A DNA stretch of 47,952 nucleotides from Octopus bimaculoides (Eukaryota), in contig NC_068982.1 in the NCBI RefSeq assembly GCF_001194135.2, positions 98,595,085-98,643,036 of the forward strand, in the 5' to 3' direction. Of the stretch, positions 1 to 12,548 are shown one piece after another (within the stretch, counting starts at the first letter, position 1; the number at the start of each line of letters is the position of its first letter). The notes beneath the pieces were generated by a model. It worked only from the letters and a program-made list of their open reading frames with translations, was not told the origin of the DNA and did not search any database. The position numbers and the translations under genes are program-made.

Positions 1-225
1 TCTTATATATATGTATGTATGTATATATATATACATATATATATGTATGTATATGTATGTATGTATATATATACATACACACGTATATACGCAGAGTGAT
101 ATTCAGAACGAAAAGAGAGAGTTTGTTTGTGTGTGTGTGTGTGTGAGAGAGTGTGTGTGTGTGTGTGAGTGTGCGTGCGTGCGTACGTGCATGTTTGCGT
201 GCGTGCGTATGTGCGTGCACGGGCT
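1..225. repeat. Degenerate (TA)n/(TG)n microsatellite block
   Basis: Alternating TA, TG and CGTG runs read directly; ORFs 11..259 and 103..312 are translations of it. Confidence 0.95.
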
Positions 226-540
226 TGAAGGAGAGGTGGTATCTTCCAAAAAAACGTGAAGCCTAAGAGATTCAGTGAATTGTAGATAAAACTGAGATGT
301 TCTAACTTTCACTAATCACATTATAGAATGTGAAAGAAGCGAAATAACTCCTTCCGGGAATCGAAATGTGATTGGATACTCTGTTCGATGGAACATTCAA
401 TAGTAGTTAATCTATTTCATTCGCCATTTTGGTATTGGTAGTTATAGTCTCAATTAGTCAGTACTTGTTCATTAATTACTACCTTGTTAAGATGGATTTT
501 CAGATACCAGTTAATTTAGTCATAGATACACTTTAATTCA

Positions 541-702
541 GTCTGGTACTTATTTTATCGACCAAAAAAAGGGTCGATAAAACCCCGAAAGGATGAAAGG
601 TAAAGTCGACTACAGCAGATTTTGAACTCAGAACGTAAAGACGGACAAAATGCCGCTAAGAATTTTACGCAGCGTTATATCGATTCTGCCAGCTCACTGC
701 CT
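541..702 (-). mobile_element. tRNA-derived SINE, family A (head GGCAGTGAGCTGGCAGAATCG...GAGTTCAAA)
   Basis: Homologous to copies at 20771, 23400, 25961, 31013 and 47518; A-box/B-box-like head on the minus strand; shared body CTGGTACTTATTTTATCGACC...GAAAGGATGAAAGG. Confidence 0.9.
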
Positions 703-1710
703 TAGAAATATTAATAATAATAGTAAAAGAACAGGTTCATTATGTCTAGAATGTTTTGATTATAGATTTATTTGTTTAAGCAGGTCTGAGCAATGACTAA
801 ACAACAATAGTTTCAGTTTTAATAATAGCCAGTGACCCAGTAGTTAATCAAGGGTAAGATAACCCATTTTACAAAAATATGCACCAAATGAAGTTGGCGT
901 TATAAATTTTTTTTTACATAATCGCAAATGCGTAAATTGGGACAAATTTTTTAAATGAATGATGAAAGTGTTGGACATGTTCATTTTTCCTGTTGGCCTG
1001 CTTGTAGGTCAATAATTTGTTTATATTACTGGTATTTAGTATTGAATTAATAAGATGGAATAAAACAAGTTATATTAAATATAGCTATGGAAACTTCACT
1101 GGAAATGACCAGAAAAGAAAACTGAATTTTTTTCAAGTATTTCACATTCGTTGTAACCGAGGTAGTTATGCCTGTGTGTAGAAATGCATTTGATTCCTTC
1201 GGGCAGTATCATCATTCTCAGTACCAGTTCTTTCAATACTTATCGTCCTCAGTTCAATATGGAGCCTATTGAATCGGCGTCTTAGCACCCAGATTTCGCT
1301 TAGCAATTTTGAAATAATGCTGTTTTCTAATAATGACATAACATTGTGGATGCGGTGTTTCAGTGTCTGCGATTTCCTAACTGATAATTTCTAATATACA
1401 ATTGTCTAAGTTAAATGATAAAAGGGTTGATGAGACTCCGTTGCTGAATTGTATTCAAGAAATTAGTGGGCCTTAATCTAGCCCTAAGTATATCGGTCTG
1501 CTAAGCAGAAGTCAATAGTTGATATACATTCACTATCGCTACAGTGTTTGCGGTTAAAATAATTAATTCTCAATTCTCCATGTCCATCTGTGAAGAAGTA
1601 CCATGAACTATTTACATTTCACTATTGTAGACTGCAAGAATATTGTATTATTAATGAGTGTTTCCATCGTTTGATAGAAGTTCTACTATATATATATATA
1701 TATATATATA

Positions 1711-1906
1711 GGGGGAGAATTAATTAAAAAACAAACAAAAGACGAAGACAGGTGGTGTAGACAACAAACAGATATATTAGTTTAACGCTCGGGAAGTGAA
1801 AAAGTCTTTAACGTTTCGAGCCTACGCTCTTCCACAGAAAGGAACACAGAAAGAAACAAGGAGAGAAAATAAAGAATGTGTAGTGGCTAGAGATTTATCA
1901 TGGCGA
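1711..1906. repeat. Short interspersed repeat following (TA)n; possibly a Penelope-like element terminal repeat
   Basis: Follows (TA)n at 1687-1710 and contains TAACGTTTCGAGCCTACGCTCTT; ACGTTTCG is recalled as typical of PLE termini. Single copy in the window. Confidence 0.4.
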
Positions 1907-4839
1907 AGTAGTTGAATAATATTCTTAAGGCCGCAATTTACTCACACGCAGCATCTTTCAGAGCTTGTCACTAATTCAGTTCTTAACCAAATTGAAAACT
2001 GTTAAGATTTTTGAAGAAGACTGGTCCCTAGCTACATTTTAGCATAAAGAAATTGAGATTTGGTCCAGTAGAAAAAGTTTCCATCAAAATTTGTCGCAAC
2101 GTTATAGGAGAGTAAGTAACGCGTCCAATCAAGTTTAGATGTAAATAACTTTTTTTATTTTAAAAGCAAAAATCGTTTATCTTAGCTTCAATGATAGAAG
2201 AAAGCATGGGGAATTTCATAGTCTTTGGCCCATGCAATAAAAAAAAAAGTTGTGAGTTAAAATATCATGGAAAAAAAATAAAGCACAAAATTGGATTTAA
2301 GTATAATTAACTTTTTTGTTTTAAAAACAAATTATATTCTAATTAAGCTTAAATGATAGAGCTCAATTCGAGGAATTTCATGATATCGATCTCATGCAAT
2401 TAAGTTTTAAAAGAAAAAAGTTATGAGTGTCTATTTCTCAAAGTTGAGGGTGATAATATAGTTCTATACTCTTTTTATGAATACAGTTCTATAAGCTGAC
2501 TTTTAATATATGTCACCGGCATCATTGAGGTAAGGAATTGATCGCTAATTGACACATGACACATTATTAATTGGCATAATAGCACAGCCAGGAGAAAGTG
2601 CGAGCAAGAGAAATAATATTCTTAAGATTATAAACCTGGAAACGTTCAGGACAAGTTATTATATCTGGTAAAGTACAGAACAAGAAAATTTTTATTCAAA
2701 ATATTGCACCGGAGGAATGATGAATCTACAAATATTTTAACCCATCCCGTACAATGATAAAACTAAATGTTGTAAATTATTTAGTCTGGCGCTACAAATT
2801 GGAAACTTTGCATTTATGTAAGAAACACTTATTGATGTGTGAAAGAAAGATTCCACCATGACTATAATATAAAGAACTTTTTGAGATTCTACAAAATAAT
2901 TTTAAAACTAAGTAGATTTATTTTAATTATCAAAGGTGTGTGCCAGGCTAAATTTGGCGAGATGCAACAGACCTGAGACAAAAAGTAATTTGGTGCCAAA
3001 TGAAGAAGAACCTGTTTTTAAGAGGGATAGCAACTAATAATAAATCTATGGTTGATGAAGTTAAAACTGTCCCTAGTTTATAGTGATCGCTGCTGTATGG
3101 ATGATCGGGAAGAATAATGGTTAAACGAACCTGAATATCGTAAGATAGTATCATTGCTGATCGGCAAAGATACTAACATGAAGTGGAGTGAGCAATAATG
3201 GTGGAAGGTGCTGAAACCGATGTAATTTCCAGTTGAAGGGCATGTCCCACTGAGCAGCTTCTACAGCAACATCGTCGAGCATAATTATCAGAAAATATTG
3301 ACAGTCATTTTGAAAAGACAAGATGACTTTTTGGGAAGACTTCTCGGAAAGATATGCCGACATCTGGGCTCAGAAAAACAGAAAATAATGAAAGGTATAC
3401 AGCAAAAACAATCTGAAAAGTCTACATTTAAAAAGAGAAGCTTCTTCTTTGGCTTCATTATAAACTATTTTTATAAATAAGGTTGGAAACGAGAAATATT
3501 GTACAGAAGGTTAACTAGTTGAAATATGTAACTTTAACATTATAACAAACATTAACAAATACAATACGAGCAATAAACTACAGGTTAGCTAAAAGCTGAT
3601 ATCTCGCCAAATAGACTGCCATCGGCCTTTTCTCGATAACAGTCGTTAGTTATTGCATATTAACGGCTAAATACTGCTGTCAAACTGTTTGATTTTATGT
3701 GATACTGTTAAAAGCTGTTGGTACATCAAAGAGACATTAACAGCTGAGCATTGACGTACATAAACGTTTTCAGCTTTTCTAATAAATTTTAAGAAATTGC
3801 AAATAGACAATTTGCTTACAATAAACGAATGTGTGAATTCGTTTTCGTGATTTTTATGATGTGCGACGCAGAGCTAGCTACAAATAGATATCAAACTGCG
3901 GAAAATGTTCGCCAATGTCAGCAGCTGCAGGACAACATAATTGATAAGTGTTTCATTAGCTTGCAGTAGTGAGTTCAATTTCTCCCATATGTGAATCTTG
4001 AAGAGTTTAGTGCACCACCTGAAAGTCTTTGACCAATATAGATATATAACATGAAAACAGAGTCTTCAAGTGGTGTACACATTATTCACTGGTTTATAGC
4101 CTTCATAAATTCAGACATTCACACACGTGATATATGTATGTTTGAGTTTATTGAGAACACATTAATGAAATCAATAGATATTTCTACATCTCTAAGTTAA
4201 ACCTGGGAGAGATATGTGCGAGTGAGTTATATATATATGTGTGTGCGCGTGTGTATGTTTGTGAGTAATAGCAAATGAAAGAAAAACTATTTGATGCCGT
4301 AGAATTTATTAAATGTAATCGACTGGCAACAACTGTCAGTATCATCACACGAAAGACTCTTCTTCAGGTCGCTATATTGAAATAAAGTTCAAAGCAAAGT
4401 GCAAGAGAAATATTAACAGATGAAAGTTTTTCCTAGTTAGCTAGCACAAACCTCGTTTTGATATTACCTTATCACAAATATTAATTAGCATTAAATTGAG
4501 AGTTTTCTATTCTTAAGACAATTAAAATAACTTTCGTGAGTAGAAGTTCAAAAAAGAGGAAACTGGCATCCAAAAGGAAAATATGGGTATAAAATTACAA
4601 AAACAAAATTGCCATAAAATTTGACAGACTTGATACAATACGTGATTGTATTATGGATTCGGTATAGGGAATGATTGAGAGAGGAGAAACGTTAAAGCAC
4701 TGACACAGCGAGAAGTTCTTCTGTACTCATTGTCGGTAGGTTGACTCAGAGTTTGTAATTCAGAAATGACATGAAACAGATTCAAATTGAAACAAGATTG
4801 TATGAAATAATTACCGAATTAACGCTTTTGCATAACTGA

Positions 4840-4927
4840 CATGGCTCTGTATGCACCCAATTCAGTCACATATCCCACCCATCAATTTTAGCCAATTCTA
4901 ATGCATAGATAATTTTAGTCTAGTGTC
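4840..4927 (-). repeat. Inverted copy of part of the neighbouring ~270-bp tandem unit
   Basis: Reverse complement (ACACTAGACTAAAATTATC...AATTGGCTAAAATTGATGGGTGGGATATGTGACTGAATTGGG...GAGCCATG) aligns with 5365-5447 and 5650-5718. Confidence 0.9.
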
Positions 4928-5029
4928 GTTCGGTATACAGATATTGCTACAGGATCACTTTTCTGTTCATAGTTCATAAATTTACTGCTTACTCTAAGAG
5001 CACGACTTCCATCAGCCAGCCAGGTAAAA

Positions 5030-5920
5030 ATATAAACCACAAAATGTATGTCTCTCTTCTCTGTAATTTACAGCCTTTGGGTTTTATTCTTTTACTTGTT
5101 TCAGTCATTTGACTGCGGCCATGCTGGAACACCGCCTTTAGTCGAGCAAATCGACCCCAGGACTTATACACATACACACACACATATACGACGGATTTCA
5201 TTCAGTTTCTGTCTACCAAATCCACTCACAAGGGTTTGGTCGGCCCGAGAGGAAGATACTTACCCAAGGTGCCACCCAGTGGGACTGAACCCGGAACCGT
5301 GTAGTTAGTAAGCAAACTACTTACTACACAGCCACTCCTGCACCTTACAAATCTATAAATATATACACTAGACTAAAATTATCAATACTTTAAAATTGGC
5401 TGAAATTAATGGATTGGCTGACTGAATTGGGCGCATATGGAGCCATGTAAGCATTGATATCGTGTTCACTTCCCAGTGGTTCGGCCCATCTTTTTTTTTG
5501 GTCAATTTTAAATTTTAGTCGCTTGAAATGGAGTATATATTAAATAAATAATATATAATTATAGTTCTTATTTAAAAAAGACCTATGTGTGTCGCACTTC
5601 TCCGTAATTTACAACCTTTGGGGTTTGTTTACAAATTTATAAATATATACGCTAGACTAAAATTGGCTGAAATTATTGGGTGGGATATGTGACTGAATTG
5701 GGTTCGTACGGAGCCGTGTAAGCATTGATGTCGTGTTCAATTCCCAGTGGTTCAGTCCATCTTTTTTCGGTCAGTTGTTTAGGTTTGGTCGCTTTAAATA
5801 GAGCTTATATTAGATAAATAATATATAATTATAGTTATTATTAAAAATGACCTGTGTGTGTCGCGCTACTCTGTAATTTACAGCCTTTGGATTTGTTTAC
5901 AAATTCATATATATATATAC
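5030..5920 (+). repeat. Tandem repeat, ~270-285 bp period (two full units plus partial units), interrupted by a SINE
   Basis: TTACAAAT..ATA unit starts at 5345, 5629 and 5897; unit end TGTAATTTACA(G/A)CCTTTGG at about 5062, 5604 and 5873. Confidence 0.92.
5084..5344 (-). mobile_element. tRNA-derived SINE, family B (head GGTGCAGGAGTGGCTGTGTAG...GGTTCAGTCCC), internally deleted
   Basis: A-box-like 5333-5323 and B-box-like 5291-5281; homologous to 13021, 23641, 29081 and 39460; lacks the ~110-bp TCTTTGTAAGCC...CAAACACAGAC segment present in those copies. Confidence 0.92.
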
Positions 5921-6377
5921 TTTACAGGACCGTCTCCCGCTTATGTATACAGTCGCATAGATCTTATTGAAAATTGAGCTTAGCATTTTGAAAGACAGAT
6001 GTATATGTAAGATGTATAGATAGATACCTATGCTTTGGCGACTTGTTTGAGTAGTCATGTAAGTAGACAAATGAGTGTAATCGTACGAGGGTATCAGAGA
6101 AATGTTTTTGGGTGTATAGCATTACTTTCAAGTGAATCAAAAGTACATATATCAAGATGATTTTGAAACCGGGATAGTTCATTAAATAAGAATTTTGTCC
6201 GTTAACCTGGAGTAATGCCTATAATATACTCTGTGATATTAATCTGGAATATCCTCGAGTACAGTTGGATTTAAAGTCGGTAGAGTACTAAGCTCATATA
6301 CTATTGATTCTTTCTAAGAGCACGCAATATTCACCTTGAATATTATTATAAGCTGTAGCAACAACTTATAATAACTT

Positions 6378-6660
6378 GGGATAAGTTTCCATTTGACAGA
6401 TCCACTCCTATATAGGCAAAATAACGCTCCGTAGAAGTGAAGAAAAAAATTAAATGATTAGGAGAGGTGAGGATAAAGGATTTGAACAAGGAACAAGAGA
6501 GAGAAAATTGGGGGGGAGGAATACAAGAAATCAGGGAAGAGATGGGCTGGATCGATATGTTGGGGAGCATAAGGGAGTATAAAGTGAGAAGAAGAGATAT
6601 GTTATAAAGATTCTGGAACATAAATATTGAGATTTCAGGATGTTACAAATGGTGGAGGAT
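6378..6660 (+). mobile_element. Probable RTE-clade LINE 3' remnant
   Basis: Plus-strand WDKFPFDRSTPI*AK*RSVEVKKKIK*LGEVR resembles the RTE ORF C-terminal R(L/I)RWFGHV region (from memory), followed by a purine-rich tail. Confidence 0.35.
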
Positions 6661-7619
6661 ATTGGGAGTGAAACCGCTTTGGAGTTTGAATGCATCCGAG
6701 ACGAATATATTTGAAAGCTTGCAAATTGAATTTCCTTCTATGTAAGTCTTGTAGAGCTCAAAAAATATTGCTGTATTCACATGTGATCATTCAGAAACTT
6801 TAATCAAATGAGACTGAACTGCCATTGGAAATAAAAGCCATCTTAAATATACATAATGTTCAAAGACACGAAAAAAAAGCATGCATTGACATTAACAAAT
6901 CAATGAGTTATTTACAACATACTGCATTCGCAATATTTATCATTTCTACTTACAGTTCCTCATTTTGTCTCAGCACTTATATCTTCAGATATTTCTGAAA
7001 AAAGGCTTTGTACCCCAGGCAGACCGAGTACACTACCTTAGACTCATTTCACTACAGGTTTGACCCTTTTGTCCTATTTGTTGTTCCACGTCACTATTAC
7101 AGGTGTTTCTTATACCAAAAGTGGTACCACTGCTAAAAATGGCACCATCACTACTTTTGCCGTCATCCGCAATTATTTCAAGCGGCTCAAGTTTAGAAAC
7201 GATTTGGTCCGTATGCACCAAAATTCCTATTTCATTTCAGTGTTGTTTCCAGCTTGTCTCAAAGACTGTCACTCTGGCGTTGAATCATTTATTTAAGCAC
7301 ATTTGCCAATCAATGAAAGTGAGCATAAGCAAAAGTTGCACGGATATGACACTATGTCAAAGCCAGATTTTCTAACCACTCTACATAAGGAATTGTACTA
7401 TAACTGAGCGATTAGCCGTAATAAAAACGTTTCAAACGTTTCTGTATATAGAAAGAACGTCTTTAATTCCATTCTAATTGTTTGAGCCATTTATGTGCAA
7501 TTTCTTTTGATTGAGGATGATATGACTGCGTTTATCAGGAACACAGCCAATCAACTGTCGTAAGGACATAGATGATCGTCATGAAAATAATAATACATGT
7601 TTTAATGTTGTGCTCTTCC

Positions 7620-8431
7620 TTTCAGGAACACCAATCACATTTGGCCATCATGAAAAAGAATTAACTAGGACAAACTTCAGTCTGATATTAATAACATAGC
7701 TATGATTTATCAATACACGAGTCCAAGGATCTAAGTTCCTGAGTCATAAATGGAGCCTGTTACTCTTTTGAAAAATCGTTTATTTCTACACATTTAGAAC
7801 ATCTATGTACGTATTCCTCGACTTCGTATGAATAGCCAGGCCACTAAGAATCAAGCTTCAGGTAATTCCATGTTGCAATAATGTCACAATAGATATCGTA
7901 TTCAACACTTGATGATTTGTTTCCATAATGCCTGAACGAAAAACTAAGATAACCATTGCAGGATATCGTTTTCCAGAGATAACCAATGATTAACATATTT
8001 ATGAACTCTTGCAGCACTGGAGTTATTATCACATATTTCCTTTTATTCTGGAAATGACTTCGCCCGGTATCGGACCAAGCTGTGCTTCCGAAGCTAGTCA
8101 ATTAAGGAGCAACACACCAGTTCCTATCAAGTATGAATCTATGATCATCAACCTCATCATTGAATCCAATGTCTCTCGGTCATTATCTCAAAGTGAGAGC
8201 GCATCGTGTCTCAATATCTTCGAAGATGTAAATCTTAGAAGTTCTATTCACTGACTCTGTGATTGGATCTAAGAAATCTTTCATAAATATAGCACTGGGT
8301 GGTTACTCTGCGATAAAAGTTCTGATAAACTCATTTGCACTTGTTGTCAATGTGACACCCAAAAAATATTCTGCAAATACACTTTTATAAATTCTCAAAT
8401 GCTTTTTGATGAATATTTTGTTCAGGTAAAT
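7620..8431 (-). pseudogene. Decayed long ORF of unknown family
   Basis: One minus frame from 8431 to 7802 runs 210 codons with 5 stops (IYLNKIFIKKHLRIYKSVFAEYFLGVTLTTSANEFIRTFIAE*PPSAIFMKDFLDPITESVNRTSKIYIFEDIETRC...YDIYCDIIATWNYLKLDS*WPGYSYEVEEYVHR) and continues with shifts to about 7620. Confidence 0.45.
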
Positions 8432-9544
8432 TTAATATTCCCTTGTGTGATTTCGTCAATAGTTCGACTATTTTGAGAATCTTTTGATAAAGAAGAATGC
8501 AGAAGATTGCGCACTAACATGAGATAGTTGCCTCTATAGTATAAAACTATGTTATTGGACATACATCATGTTAGTTTTATCAGCCATACACATCTGTGCA
8601 GGCTTAGGACATGTCGGAAAACAGCATTCGTCTTGGACTTTCCCTTCTACTAGACTGACAGCCTTCATCGCAGCTAAGTAACTTAATCTACCCTTACAAA
8701 AGCCTATCTAAACCATAGACAAGACCCCTGACAAGTCCTACCATTCCGTTTCAGAACGCACCTGGGAGTAATGGTAATTAAGGAGTGACTCCGTCGTTTA
8801 GTTAAAACTACATTAAAACTACTTTGGTAACTACCAATCAAAAATATTTAACAGTCCTAAAATAATTCCAGTTTTCTTTTCAGAGGAAGTAGATACAACC
8901 TAATATGTTTTAAGGCTAATCATCGATATGGAAGACCGCCTCCCTTCAAAATGGAATATCCTCAAAATAATAGTTCGTTGAATATACTTTGAGATAATCT
9001 CATACCTGCATTTCTCCGTCGATCGAATAAATCTTGGTATTCACGTTCACTTCTTCCTCGGTACTTATACCCAAACATATCCCGTCCTGGCAGTTTCTTT
9101 TTTAATACCATTCCCCAGCCCCGCAAGGTCTTCTCTCAAGTGCACTGAAAATGGTTTTGCAGTTTTTATGTCATAAAAGATTTGTGTCCATCTCAACAAA
9201 CCGACAGGAATGTGTATTGACAACCACGATTCCTTTGTTATCATTATCTATTTGAATTTAATCATGGAAACACCGATGATCGAATTTTGCCAAATTTTCA
9301 TTCCAGCTAACGAGTGAAAGGTAAATCCAACATATTAGACGATGGAAAAGAGTTCGAACAAATTATGTGATTAACACCTAATTTATAACCACCACAGATG
9401 TATAAATCTTTGTTTGGTTTTCATACAACTTTAATGAAGCATGCCCATTTGCTGCTGATGGTACATGCTCTATTATACTTTATTCAATAAGTTTTCTAAA
9501 TTTAATAACTACGAGTAGAGAAATATAATTTAAAAGCTGAGATT

Positions 9545-10620
9545 CAATATTTAATATTTTCTTTAAGTTTAATGCTGCCCTTAGAGTATTTTAACAAACT
9601 GATATCTTCACCATCAGGTACTATGGTGTTGATTAATGTATTATTAATATTTAATTCGTCATTTCTAACAAGACCACGACTTTTATCACAGTTCGCGATC
9701 ACTACTGCTATAATTTTATACTGGATGCCTGTTTCTCGAATGCCTTGAAAATAGATTATAATCGATGATCAATCAAGCTAGCGAAGTTGCAGATGGCTTT
9801 TACGAAATTTGAATTGACCAATGTGTCTCCAGAAGTTTTTTGGAATTAAGATAACCTGGCAACTGATATTCACTAGCATATCTAAACTGGTGTTATTCAG
9901 TTTAACTTGAAGTAAGATGGTTAGTTTCTTCGCCCTGTAGTGTAAATACATTAGTTTCAACATTAGAGCGTTTATCATCCAATTTGTTCAACACGCTCTA
10001 CACTTTTTCTTTTTCTCTGTAGACCGATAAAAAAATTTGTATGACACAACATGAAAAAGTCGTCGACGAATGATATGATTCGAATTTGTGCTAGTTGATA
10101 ATGAATTTGTTGAAGAATGTTTAAGATGGTTTGCAGCCATCACCAGAACAAAAAAGAACTGATAGATAATAACGGGCATAACGATCTTAAGAAGACACCA
10201 GATATATTTTTATCAATACAGAAGTTCTGTTGAAGGTCTCACTAACGGTTCATTCGAAAGTACTCAAAGAAATGTTTCAGTGAAATACTGCAGATGATAA
10301 TGGCTAATGTGAGATTTAAAAAGAAGCTGGTCATTGCAGAGCTAACCAGGTTTATGTCTGTGTTAGGATTCGTCTGAACTCATTATGACGGGTCATGCTG
10401 TGAGTTTGATACGCTTGGTCAAGGGGATCAAACTGCTGAAGAGGAGTTGAAGCAAATGAAAATCATTGAGAGTATGTACCATATGTCAATAAATGAAGAA
10501 TTTTGGAACAGCTGCAGTTGCACAGCTTCCTTTTATTCTTTGCTTTGCATATGTTGGACTTCTTTCCAAATCCTGAACATTTCCCTTTAACAAATAGAGG
10601 CTCATATCCTCAGGATTTTT
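9545..10620 (-). pseudogene. Decayed superfamily-1 helicase-like sequence (candidate endogenous RNA-virus fragment)
   Basis: Motif-like strings in canonical order across frameshifts: LFVKGKCSGFGKKS (10597-10556), VIMSSDES (10389-10366), YFR/EPLV (10262-10240), KFFYRSTEK (10038-10012), NVFTLQGEETNHL (9952-9914), GYLNSKKLL (from 9856). Confidence 0.4.
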
Positions 10621-11244
10621 ATTGAGAATATTTCTTCTTTTTAGTTAGGTGATAAGTGTCTGCAACCCTTGGCTCTACTTCATGATAATAAGTAATCGTT
10701 GCATGAAGTTCACTCAGGTATTGAATGACATGATATTCATATGCAGCCGTTCCAATATTCCTTATCTAAATAATAAGAGAACAAAAAAAAAATGATTGCT
10801 AGAGAACTCAGGAAGTGGGTTTTCATTTAGATATGTTATATTGAAGACACAGCCTGGATGTGCCACTAGTCAAATGATTGAACAGTTGCGAAGGAGTCCT
10901 TGTCTACACGGGACTGCATTGACTTCTAAATTAATCAGCGAAAGAATCGTACTTGTTACCAAGCTATAAGCGTCCGATGGTGACGGTTGGCTCTCTTTAT
11001 ATGTTCTTATCAAACAGGTGCACGCCAGTGTGTATATGTGCATGCTCATGTACGCGTATTTTGTATATAAATATATGTCTACGTGATTGTTAGTAGTTAT
11101 TTTTTCCGTCTAAATTTGGTATCGCGATGAGTGTTTTTTGCCCTAACTATACGCCTAACCTTCCAAACCATTCATCTTTGTACTTTTGTTTCTACGAACT
11201 TTAATCCAGAATATGACCAACATGATGTGTTTATATCTTTCCTA

Positions 11245-11695
<451 letters not shown>

Positions 11696-11895
11696 TTAGC
11701 GGTTACCATTATACAGCACCAACAAAATATATCCCTATTTTATTTTACCCTCTGACACTAGACATTTCTACACGACTGAGCAGGCAACATCTTCACCGCC
11801 CTCAGATTCCGCTTCATATGACTGCGTCTTTGAAACTAACTGAAGAAGTCAAGCGACCGGTTGCATTTGATGCTGTGTGACTTGACCCAAAGGTC

Positions 11896-11897
<2 letters not shown>

Positions 11898-11953
<56 letters not shown>

Positions 11954-12210
11954 TCTCTCTCTCATTCTCTCTCTCTCTCTCCGTGTGAGTATGTGTGTGT
12001 GTGTGTTAACATTAGTATGGGTTACTTAATTCATAGTATTCACTTGCTCATGTTCATATATTCGTATACGTCTGTTTTTAATGTTGAGTCTTTTTTGCCA
12101 AATTTGTTTTTCTCTCCCCCGCCGTCTCTCTCTCTCTCTCCCTCCACCTCTGTGTGTGTGTGTCTCTATCTCTCTATCTCTCTCTCTCTTTTTCTCTCTC
12201 TCTCTCCCCA
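11898..12210. repeat. (CT)n microsatellites with short (TG)n
   Basis: Long CT run at 11898-11980 and a second degenerate CT tract at about 12110-12210. Confidence 0.93.
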
Positions 12211-12548
12211 CTTTTATTATTTTCCCTTGACGTGGTTTTAAAAAATGCTGGGGCAGCTAGACAGCATTTTGTTTTACTCTTGTTTAAATAAATTTTGAAT
12301 TTTTTCTCTTGACTGTAATTTCATGATTAATCATGCAAGTATGTTTTAGTGCAAGATAACCATAGGAATAACAACTGATACGTAAAAGAAAACACCATTA
12401 CAATGCAATGAATTCTGGCAGAAAAAAAAAATACATTTAAAAACTCTGCTTCTATTCGTTATAAACCTAACACGATGAGGAAGGTTCGGTGGACGAACTG
12501 AAAGTTGTTATTGCCCAGAATGTAGCACAACTTCGCTGCCAAAGTTCA

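Noticed and set aside
1200-1680. Possible LINE RT remnant on the minus strand (LLSFNLDNCIL)
   Set aside because: Only one loose motif, and the spacing to a putative YADD is wrong.
2900-3470. Purine-rich coding-like stretch (FWEDFSERYADI)
   Set aside because: Many stops in all frames; no family motif I can support.
5281-5344. tRNA genes at SINE heads (also 12551, 39460, 47295)
   Set aside because: A/B boxes are present, but there is no complete cloverleaf and each continues into a repeated SINE body.
6948-7625. Splice-like signals (minus-strand GTAAGT at 6953-6948; plus-strand 66-nt GT..AG at 7560-7625)
   Set aside because: Joining gives only short frames ending in stops; such motifs are common by chance in AT-rich DNA.
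8180-8215. Cys-loop receptor signature (CALTLR**PRD) suggesting a chemotactile-receptor pseudogene
   Set aside because: The second cysteine and the flanking nAChR-like motifs are absent.
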